From contig ADNK01000494.1 in the NCBI GenBank assembly GCA_000320545.1, positions 1-49,417 on the forward strand: a stretch of 49,417 nucleotides of DNA. Direction: 5' to 3'. Source of the DNA: Bigelowiella natans CCMP2755. Lineage: Eukaryota; Protista; Cercozoa. A model generated the notes under the pieces. That model had not been told where the DNA came from, did no database searches, and worked only from the letters and a program-made list of their open reading frames with translations. The translations under genes and the position numbers were made by a program. Shown here one piece after another: positions 24,646-44,806 of the stretch; position 1 is the stretch's first letter; each line of letters starts with the position of its first letter.

Positions 24646-24906
24646 CTCGGATTTCACTGGCAACTACCTTGTCTCTGTAAAAAATAAGATCCCGTTCCAA
24701 TCTTCGATCCAACCAAGAATTCTATGGTAATTAGACACTACGACAAGGAAAAATAATTGGCGCAACTTACTAGAGGGATGAAGGTAGCCACTACAGCGAT
24801 GGGTTTGACGACTTCCCTCCACGGCCGGCCGCAGGTTGTGGGGATGAGCTAAACCTCCCTGAAAAGACGAGCGGTATCTATCTATGCACCAGCGTTCGTC
24901 GTCATC

Positions 24907-26571
24907 ATGCAGATTTCCCGAGCGGCCTCACTACATCACTCCTCGTTATGCACGAAGCTGTGTGCAATCACGTTGCTGGCTAGCTGCGCAACATTTTTAT
25001 CGCTCCTAAGTATTTCAAAAGTTAGGGACTACTCTCAGGTCAGTTGATTCGTCAGTCGTCGATCATCGGAATGCTAGAGTGAAGACCGATTAACATAAAA
25101 ATGCGTACGCACGCACGCGCACATACACACACACCCACACACACACACACACAGTACCTAAATACACAGAGGGGAAGATACAAAGTACTCGGATTACTGG
25201 GAACCTCGACGGCACCATCGTCATCCCAGCCCCCTAGATTCCTTGACACGAGACTTATCGCAGGTCCGCACACGCACGTCGCATTTTGGACATATTTGAA
25301 TAATGAAGAACTTACGGTCTTCTTAGGTGAGAAGTTCATCTTTGTGGGTTTCGACAACCGCGTAGAGATCGAGGGAACTCGACCGGGTGTTACACAAGAT
25401 TTCCTCGACAGGTTCCTCGGACCAATCGTCCTGATTCTACCCACCGATAACAAATACGTTGAAAACACCACCGATAGTTGTTCCATGGCCAGTGACAATA
25501 CTTTATCGGTGTTCAAAGACATCATCATGATTTTTCTTTGCTTAATGGCTTCCGCTGAGAATGTATGGAATTGTGATTTATAAACCCAATCAATTGGCCG
25601 TATCTGGCGTTCGTTGACTTAACGTAATTTTGTCGTCCACGTATCGTTGCAGAGAAAAAGAGGTGAGGCGACAATATGAGGAGGGCGACTTCTCGACATC
25701 GTAAGTACTCCTTCCTTCTCTTTCCCATGTGATTATGGCACATAATATGCATTCCCTTGTTATTCTCCTCTTCGTAGAACCGACAGCGAAGAGCGTTCAC
25801 TCTACCTTTGCAAGCCAGGAGCTCTAGCATGCCATCCCGATCTTGGCGTTCTCATTGCCGGTGTTGCATTGTGATGATGATCGTGATGCTCAAAGAAACG
25901 CTCACTTTTGTTTCTTTTCACACTGCTGCAAGAAATTCTTATCACTCGTCACGCAAAAGCTAAGCTATCGATGTGCGCAAAGTATATGCAAAACTAATTT
26001 GCGCTTTTTGAAAAATATCGCCTCCTTCGACATTTCTTTCTACGGTGTGAGTCGTCATATGATGTGATGATGATGATGACACATCGCTTGTCTGAGTCCA
26101 TATTATTCACTTGGTGACATCTCACTCTCCTTCATCCCCTCCCTAGACACCCAGAACAACCGTATCCTGAGATATACCCCTCAAGGTGATGATAATCTGC
26201 TAGATTGGAGACCGCTTTTTTTTATTGTTTCTCTCCTTACTCCGTGGGAAAAGTAGTAACGGATGTGTGGTGTGTCCCCTCAGGAATCGTGGAGAAATTT
26301 GCCGGTTGGCAAAGCGAGAAAAGGTGAGGAGGAAGGGTGGGAAAGAGCAATCATCATCATCATCATCAATCATCATCATCCATGTGTCTCATCATCGTCT
26401 CTGTGTTTCTCCTCCTGATCCTTTTCTTTCCCCTCCCTCCCTCCCTCCCTCCCGGCAGCGGCCCAAATCCTCGGTACCATCTTGCTCAAGATGACGATTC
26501 GTTAGCGTCGACAGAAGAAGTCTTGAGGAGGCTAGCTCTCGAGGAAAAAGAGGAGAGGTATGTGTGCGTGC

Positions 26572-26607
<36 letters not shown>

Positions 26608-27040
26608 CAGGAATTGACTTTGGGGCCATTAGATACGCTTTCACCACTTGAACAAGGGTGTAGCAGAACGACTGACCGCAAAAAGTAGTGTGATAATAGT
26701 TACACTAATTAGTTGATGCTGCTACTGCTACTGCTGCATGTACCCTCATAGAGAACAGATGAAGCGTGCTGGTTATCTTGTCGACGAGACAACGGGAAAG
26801 CGAATAATGGTCAATCTGATGATCAGTAGTAGCAGCTTCTGTGCGAACACTTTTTTGAAAGATTTTCCATGATTTGCACGTTGCAAAAAACAACCACACA
26901 CCGGCGATCTGTAGTAAGGCGACACGCCAACATGTTACAATATTCCTGGCTAATAATTGTCATGAATGCATTCACTGGTGCTCTACTTTATTGAACTAAC
27001 TGCTCAGATAGCTGGAGACTTGCTTCTCACAACTATGCTA

Positions 27041-27114
<74 letters not shown>

Positions 27115-27604
27115 ACACTAGAATCGGGTGGCGATTCGGCGAAGGTTAAACGGTGAATTGCAGCGGCCGATGAGGGAAACCATTGCGGACCGTCGCCGTC
27201 TCTCGCATGGTTCAAGTGATGATGAAAACGATGATAATAATGATGACGGTGATGAGGAGGAGAATGATAAAACACGATGCTTCGGCGAGGAGAGCGATGA
27301 CAATCAGAATGGTAAGGAGGAGGAGGAGGATGAAGCACGTTTCCTGCAGAGACAGCTGATGCTACAAGCGAAGAATATCAAAAACCTAGACAGTGCTGCA
27401 ACCATCACACCACGGCGCCCAGGCCACGAGGGGAGAGACCAGTGGCGAAGCAAATTTACGAGATCGAATGTTACCGACCGCACGCTCTTCCCAAACCCTC
27501 ACGTTATCGACGGTAATATGCTATTAAACGAGCGTCCTGATTTTTTTAATCAATCTCTACATCATCCTCTAATGTCCTTGTTCTTCCTTCCCCCCCTCTT
27601 CTGT

Positions 27605-27641
<37 letters not shown>

Positions 27642-28414
27642 GGAAGGACCTGTGGAGACGGCTATGTTTGAAAACCCGTATGGCATCGCATGTGATGCAG
27701 AGGGCAACGTATATGTTGCGGACACCAACCACCACAGGATTCGGAGAATAAAGCGAGGTTCTTCAGTCGTGGAGACGATTGCAGGTATGTAGGTGTGTTA
27801 CTAACGCTTGTAAGTGATCTTGATCATATATTTAAATTCAAAAATTGCACGTGCGGATCGAGACCAAAGTTCGTTTCTCTAGATTTCCCACTCCCTAGTC
27901 GGTGTGTATGTGTATGTAAGTGATACGGTTGTGTGAGGTGAAAGGGGGGGGGGGGGGAGAATTTGTTCGCTACATGTATCAATCTCCTCCTCCTTCATTC
28001 TCCTCGATTTCTTTTCTTCTTCTTCAACGCACACGATAACAATCACAGGAAATACCAATTATACTGCATTTGGAGAGTTCGCTGCAGGTTCAGAGAGAGA
28101 TCTATAATTGAATATGTGTGTGTTTGTGTGTGTGTATGTGTGTGTGATGAGGAGAATAAAAGAATCTGGCACATATCCTGCTTGAGGCAGGATGATAGTA
28201 GCTATGGCGGTCGATGATGATGATGATGATGATTGTGGTGCAGGCAGGATGATAGTAGCTATGGCGGTCGATGATGATGATGATGATGATTGTGGTGATG
28301 ATGAAAATGATCATCGCTCAGGAGGATACCTAGATGGAAAAGGCATCGGAACAAAGTTTGATTCTCCGAGAGGTAAGAATTTCCATCTTACTCCTCCTCC
28401 TCCTCCTCCTCCTC

Positions 28415-28445
<31 letters not shown>

Positions 28446-29146
28446 AACTACCACTACTACATCGGTGATAATACTTGCTTTCTCTGAAACGGGTTATTAA
28501 CCTATGCAATAGAAGGTTAATGCATTCATTACTCATTGATGTTGTCTTTCCCGTCTACGGACAACATCGTTATGGACACCAGGCGCTAGCGTGCATCACA
28601 CATGCTCTATCTCACCGTCACCACCCACCTCACCTCATCTTATCTCATCCTATCTCAGGGTTGGCCGTGGCTCCTGACAACCACCTCATCATTGCTGACG
28701 AAACCAATTGTGTACGTCACTTCACCACTTGCATCTCTTGGGTTCTCCCGTCTCCTCATTTCCTTGAATCATCTTTTCGCGCAAGGATGAACATCACATT
28801 AACGTGTCCTCCGCTTTTCTAATTTTCTGCTGTCGCAGGTCATCCGGAGAATGAACTTAAAGACGCTGGAAGTGACGACTCTTGCAGGCTTGGGGTCGTA
28901 GTAGTAGCTCTCAAATCACTATAATTACTACACGATGATGATAATAATTTCAAACTGAGGGACTTGATATATACGTCGTACTGCTACTCCGCTATTGACT
29001 GACAACATCTTTTTGCCACATACACACAGTGATAACCAACCAGGAGGATGTATCGACGGCCGAGGTTGTTCTCGCTATTCCGTTAGATATACGTATACAA
29101 ACGAATATTGTACCAAACAGCTAAATCAGTTAGTACTCGCAAAATA

Positions 29147-29183
<37 letters not shown>

Positions 29184-30304
29184 CCGCCGATTCTGAGTCT
29201 GTTATCTTCCACCTTCAGGGACGGAGGCCTTCTTTTACGATCCCTCTCACGTTGCTGTCGACTCCAAGGGCAACGTGTAAGCAATCGAAAACAAATAATC
29301 TGAAATAGTGATAGCATAGTAGAACTCCGCTGCTAAGATAGATGGGCCTAAGAATCCAACCCCCTCCCTTTCTCTTTCTCTCCTACTCTCTTTTCTTTCG
29401 TGCAGCTATGTGACGTGCAGACATGCTGAGAATCGTGTTCGCAAGATCCTCCCGAATGGCGACGTGCAACACTTTTGCGGAAGAACGAACATTGCGCAGG
29501 CAGGGTCGAGAGATGGCAGCTCCACACACGCTGCATTCTTCCAGCCGATGGGACTTGGTAAGAATACCGAGATATACGATTTCAAAAGCTCCGAAGTGGT
29601 TGGGATTTGGTACTGTTCGGTAGAAGTCGATTGTTGTTTTACGAGTTTGATGTTTCCTCTTCCGTCTATCATGCACATTCACTCATTACTCATTTCCTAC
29701 CAGCAATTGACGCTGAAGACAACGTTTTCATCGCTGATATGGCAAACAATCGTGTCCGCTCTGCCAGTCCCGCGGGGTGATACTCTTTAAAAATAGTATA
29801 TGGTGATGATGCTGCTGCTGATGATGATAATGATAAAGAGGAGAAGGAGTAAAAAGTGGATAGAGAAAAGAAGAAGAATCCTCTTAAACATTATTGAAAT
29901 ATTGCAATCTACTTCTGCTACGGTAGGGAAGTCTTCACAGTTGCTGGCCCCTCTAACCTTGGAGGTTCATTCATAGTAAATATTCTTTGCGATACTATCG
30001 AAGTTACAAAATTTCTCAGATTTGGAACCGAAAATAAGTTCAAATTATTCTTGTTATCTTCACTTTCGTCAGGCTCAACTACCGGAAGCCCAGGAATTAG
30101 CGATGGCCCGGTACTGTCTCTGTCAAGTCAAAACTAAACATTCCGGTTGATAGATACATTTTGCGTCAGGCTTTAGGCGGGGCAAAGTTCAATTACCCTC
30201 AGGCTCTTGCCGTCGACCATCATGGGAATTTGTACGTCGCTGACACAGAAAGTGACCGAATACGAAAAATAGTTCGGGCAAATCGAATATGTGATCCCAA
30301 ATGA
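24907..30304 (+). CDS. NHL-repeat (beta-propeller) protein with N-terminal signal-like leader, many introns
   Basis: Spliced repeats: LCKPGALACHPDLGVLIA/DTQNNRILRYTPQ/GIVEKFAG; FENPYGIACDAEGNVYVADTNHHRIRRI; GYLDGKGIGTKFDSPR/GLAVAPDNHLIIADETN; FFQPMGL/AIDAEDNVFIADMANNRVR; AKFNYPQALAVDHHGNLYVADTESDRIRKIVRANRICDPK* (stop 30302-30304). Start MQISRAASLHHSSLCTKLCAITLLASCATFLSLL at 24907 splices in frame into the exon at about 25154. The start is less certain than the repeats. Confidence 0.88.
28185..28297. repeat. Intronic tandem duplication, period 57 bp
   Basis: AGGCAGGATGATAGTAGCTATGGCGGTC(GAT)nTGTGGTG occurs at 28185-28240 and 28242-28297. Confidence 0.9.
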
Positions 30305-31012
30305 ATTCAATCTTAATTGTTGCAGCACGTTGGCTGTTAAATCTGCGTGAATGAATGTTTCTGTGTGTGTAATCGCTGAATGCATCTACGTGTTGGAAAG
30401 TTGTACATCCTGTGCAGCACGCTATGTAGTGCGACAGTGATCATGTAGAGCATGCGCACCTCGCGATATTAGTCATAGCTCATCGCACATGCTCGGAGTG
30501 CCTGCGATGTTTGTTTACTGGCAATGATGTGTGCTCATTGCTGCATTTGCTCTATACGTCTAGACATGTTCGCTAGCTTGTTTTCACAACTAACAACATT
30601 AGGATTATAAAAACTACATGATCACGGCACATGTATACATCTAGCATCTAGAGCAAGCTGCATCGCGACTTAGTACACATCACATCTGTGACATGTAAGA
30701 AACACAGACCTGGATAGCATGCAATGCTAGGACAAGTAGAAATGAAAATATTGAGCAACGCTTACAACTTTAAAAGATGTCGGAGCATTAGTGTTAGTGG
30801 AATTTCACGTTGTACATGCTAAGCTACAAAGTTGTGTCTAGTGCTGATTGGAGAACACATGCACACAAACACTTGAAACACGAATGAAACAACGCCCGAT
30901 TTCATTCATATAATTTCTAAACTGCCCACATATATTAATTAATTTTCGTTGATCTATCCTTACGAATATTTTCAAATTTGTTTGATGAGGAAAGTTACTC
31001 GTAGCCAGCTTT

Positions 31013-33801
31013 TTAATCATTTTCTTGTTTCTCCGAGTCCCGAAGCTGCTCCTGATTTTCAGTTTGTTTGTTCTCCTCAGCACCATTTGGAGCCACCTTC
31101 TCCAGGATATGGTTGCCTGTGAGTTCAACTTCTTTGATGTGATTGATCCCAGTAGGATACTCACGGATCCGATTATATTCCAGGCGGAGTTTCTCTAACG
31201 CCTTTAAAGAGCTCATATCTGGGAGATCGATGAGTCCGTTGCCGACTAATTGTAGCTTTTGAAGGTTCTCGAGCTTGGGGACACCGATAGGAAGCTCACC
31301 AAGTCTATTCCAGGAGAGATTCAAATGTTTTAGTGCTTCCAATTCTCCCAAGCTTGAGGATACCGAAGTGATTCTGTTGTTTTGGAGTTGCAAAGATTCG
31401 AGGCTACACATACTTGAGAAATCGAAGATGATATCACCAAGACTATTCTCATACAGACTTAAAACTTTTAAACCATTCAACTTTGCAATGCCTGGTGGAA
31501 TTATTTTGAGCAAGTTACTATGGAGGTAAAGTTCCTCCAAACCACTGAGCTTTTTAATTTCCTCGGGGAGGGTCGAAAGCTCATTTTTCGCAAGATTAAG
31601 AATTTCCAATGACTCTAACATACCAACTTCTACCGGAATCTCTGAAAGTTTATTTCTCTCAACGGAGAGGTATGTTAGATGTCGGAGTTTTCCGATCGTC
31701 TTTGGTAAAGTGTGCAATTTGTTTTTCTGGAGGGAGAGCCGCTCTAGGGACTCAAGGCATCCGACCTCATCTGGAAGCACAACGAGACTGTTCTCACTGA
31801 GATTTAAAATCTTGAGACTAGTGAGCCTTCCAATCTCCTTAGGTAACGTAGCTAGTATATTTGTTTGGAGCAATAGGTTTTCCAAAGTCTTCATATCTCC
31901 AATCTCACCTGGGATCTCTACTATTCTATTTTTGGCTAATGAGAGACTTTGTAGTTCCCTGAATTTACCAACCGTATGCGGGAGAGTGATGATGTTGTTG
32001 TTGTTGAGTGCAAGATCTTTAAGGTTATGTAGCTTCGAGATATCTTCAGGAATAAAGACTATGTCGTTGTCCTCCATGTGTAGTTGTTCAAGCATTTTAA
32101 GTCCAAGAACTTTCTTCGGAATAGATTTCAGTCCCTTAGATATTAGAGCCAGTGTCGTTATCGCATTTGAAATAATTGCTTCTACATCCTCCTGGGTTGC
32201 TGATACGCTCACTTTTACCTCACTTGAGTCCATCGTGCGATCTTTGTAGATCATGCTTGCTCTACGCTCTCGTTCTTTTTCCTCTGAAAACATGATTCAA
32301 TTTAATTATTTCTGTCGTGAAGATTCAATTAAGCGCAAAGGGTATTGGTACCATGTAGGGCATCAAACTCCGTCACCAGTTCTTTTACACTTCTGCTGCG
32401 GTCAAAAAGTCTGGGACCTACGGTGCTTTGGGACTTCTTGAACGGTGTTTTTCGAGGCTTTCGATTCTCATCCCACTTGAATGACTTTAAATCATTTAAA
32501 AGAGCCGATTTGAAATCTATCTTCATTGGCATAAAGCCACCTGGGATCCCTTGAGATCTACCTCCCATGATTGGAAGACTTGCCCTCCTGATCAGATTGG
32601 GTGGACATTTTTTGGATGCCCCTGAATTGATATCAGTAGGAGCAGCCTCAGTGATTGATGGTGTAGAGGCAAAAATAGGATCCTCAGCTAAAGCCTGGAT
32701 TTTAGCTGCCGCAAGGAAAAAATATTTCTGTCTTTTATCTGCAAGAAGTTGGCACTTTTTCATTACGTCGCCAGAGTTTGCTCCGTTCTCCTCGTCTTTC
32801 GATCTATTATTCTCAGATTTTGAACCATCTCCCTTGGCTGATTTCTCTTCGATTAGAGCTTGAATACGGTCAGCAGCATGAAGTAGGGGTTCGGATATCT
32901 TTGCCCTGTCGGTCTCATTGGTGCTAGGAGAAGACGGTAACCCATATGTTGATGGTGTTTTATTACGAGCTTGAATTCTTTCACTATCTTCTATACCGTC
33001 TCCCTTAGCTGATTTCTCTTCGATTAGAGCTTGAGTACGGTCAGCAGCATGAAGTAGGGGTTCGGATATCTTTGCCCTGTCGGTCTCATTGGTGCTAGGA
33101 GAAGACGGTAACCCATATGTTGATGGTGTTTTATTACGAGCTTGAAATATTTCATTATCTGCTCTAGCTTCTACAACCGAGAGTCCTTGGTTGTACGATA
33201 CACCTTCCATTTCCTGTCCATTGTGAGATCCACCCTCCTTAATATCGGAAGATTCTTTCTGATACCCTCCATTAAGAGATCCACTGTTCTTAGCACAACC
33301 TTCTTCATTTTCTTTCCTATGAGCTTTTGTAGTTTCTTTCTGCTCATGTCCACTAAGAGGTTCGCTGTCCTTCAGGCCAGCATGCCCGTTCTCCGTTTGA
33401 AGAGTATTTACAGTGTTTTTCTGATTTCCTTCAATAACATGTACATTCTGGGGAGCAACAGGAGATACGCTTTGCTTCATGTCCACGAGGTGGCATTTTG
33501 AAGCATCGTCATGATTACCCTTTCCTACATTGAGGTTTTTATCATTCCCCTGTCCGTTAAGCTCTCTGACATTATCCTCCACTGCAACGTCTTCCATAGC
33601 GGCCGTACCTTGACCTTTTTCGCGATTCTCATTGGATTGCACTGAACTGGTGTCTAGCATTATCTCTTCTCTTTTCACTTCTTCTTTCATTTCCTCCTGT
33701 ACCTTTCCTTTCTTCAATGGCTCTGGCTTTAGGGAGGTATTTCCATCTCTCCTTCTCACCGCAGCGGGAGATTTTTGGTTTGCAGAACAACACCAAAACA
33801 T
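31013..33801 (-). CDS. Large protein: di-Cys N-terminus, disordered acidic region, C-terminal leucine-rich repeats (two ORFs joined by intron 32284-32351)
   Basis: ORF 31013-32293 is a regular 23-aa LRR array (L..L..L.L..N.L..LP.EIG.L). ORF 32329-33939 is low-complexity. A 68-nt GT...TTTTCAG intron joins them in frame (…DALH|EEKERERRAS…). First clear Met is MFWCCS at 33801, and an upstream exon is likely. Confidence 0.85.
32828..33146 (-). repeat. Coding tandem duplication, period 171 nt (57 aa)
   Basis: QARNKTPSTYGLPSSPSTNETDRAKISEPLLHAADR(T/I)QALIEEKSAKGDG is present twice and near-identical at DNA level. Confidence 0.95.
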
Positions 33802-34871
33802 CTTCCACCTTAAACATAAGACAGGACAACAAGATATTACATTGGTAATCACCAAAATGCAGAAACCCCCCCCTTCCCCAATTTTCCAACTTCCTGTTTC
33901 AGGCATTTTTCTGTCAAAGGGGAGGCCGGGAGCTAGCAAACACCTTTTGGATTGTGGGGTATTTTGTTTTTCAGAACAACACGAAGAGAATGGCGATGGA
34001 CTTCATCGAGAATAAAGGTAAAAATGTTTGAGAGACTCATAAAAACGAGTGATTTCGATCATATCTTATCCCCAACGAAGGATATGTTCCCATCCGAAAG
34101 TTCAATTCATTGAGAACACAAACGAAGGATAAGATTCCTACAAATGTAGACGATTTCAGGTTGAAGTTGCACACAAGTTATTGTCTCTGGGAGCAATCGC
34201 ATCAGCTCTTTGGAACTACCAGGGACAATTGCTGCACATACCTGACAGATTTTGCTCCTGGTAGATGAACGAGTCGTATGTTGCGGACAGCTGACATTTG
34301 TGCAAAACGACCTACATTTAATCATTCATGTGCACATCGCATGTCGTTGGAGTTGTGCTCCCGACGATATTTATTAAAATAATCAGAAGTTTCCCGGAAT
34401 AGTTTTCTCACGCTCTTGCTGTCTGCCAACGTGGTCAAATCCCGCCTAACATTTGGACTACTGGAAGCAGCAACTCTGGCATTATTTTCGGGGAGAAATT
34501 CATGAAGTCCGGGGAAAAGGACTGAATTTCGGTTATTTGATGCACACATGCAGGTGTTTTTGATGGTGGAATCGCCTGCAATACAAAAGCGATATTTTTG
34601 GCGAGTAGGGTGGAAACCCAGAAGCTGCTGCTAGGAACTGCTGCTCTACTCTCCGTGCGTTCTATCGTTCAAGGTGGTGTGTTAGGTCGACATAGTATTC
34701 GAACGATTCCGAACGCTAGCAAGCCTTTTCTCGCAAGCTGTTGATATTTCAATTTCGTAATCATGATTCGCTCGATAGGGCCCGCTAGATAGGGTCTGCC
34801 TAATGAGCGAATCGGGCGATGGGGGATTCCTGATGTATACACAATTTAGGTAGGTTTAAGAAGGGTACAGC

Positions 34872-44088
<9,217 letters not shown>

Positions 44089-44806
44089 ATGCCGATGGAA
44101 TATGCGCTACTACTTACTACATGAAGGGAACTAGATACCACTCTAGCACTGTCCTAGCAGACGCAATATTTAACATATATGGTGACAGTAGGACTAGATA
44201 AACCTCCGAAGCATGCATGAACAACGTACATGTCCTAGATGTAATACTTCGAGATAATTAACAGTCGTTCCTCCGGCTAGCTAGCTAGCCTTGCTAGCCT
44301 GCGCGTTCTCGCACAATCAATGCACGCAGTATCCATCATGCACATTGTGCACCAAGCTAGCAAGCATAATACGCCTTTTCTAGCTTTGTCTGACGCACTA
44401 CTGTAGCTACTCTTGTACTGCTAGACTACAATTACACACAAAATCACATCTCATCTTAGCTAGCTAGATTTAAGCATTTAGTTTTACAAAATTATCACCC
44501 GTCTAGCCGTGGTATTTTCATGCAGATACACATTGAAGTACACACACACACATTACATATACGAAAAGCGAGTATTTACAGCTAGCATTAGCGTCGATAT
44601 AGCAGTCTCATCAATGCATGTAACACCTTTCTGCATGGACTTATGTTATGACATGTAAGAATATCTTGGCGAGAACAGCAGTGTGAGAGAATGTCTAGAT
44701 CTAGGGATATATGAGGTCACATATCGTTAAAATTGCACTAATCAACAATTGTACTGTACCAATCATCATTGAACAATCTACCGTTTGAACAGAATTATCA
44801 CTATAC

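Larger units (their letters stand above)
23011..24663. other. TpA-depleted, CTAG-only intergenic domain
   Basis: Hand count: 8 TpA in about 1650 bp, all within CTAG. CpG is abundant. Confidence 0.9.

Noticed and set aside
24930-25830. Minus-strand gene from ORFs 25052-25528 and 25525-25830
   Set aside because: These are shadows of plus-strand exons that splice into a clear NHL repeat.
26382-26457. Signal peptide MCLIIVSVFLLLILFF as the NHL gene start
   Set aside because: This is the pyrimidine-rich 3' end of an intron. NHL exons continue upstream.
31275-32249. Plus-strand ORFs over the LRR gene
   Set aside because: Antisense shadows of the LRR coding sequence.
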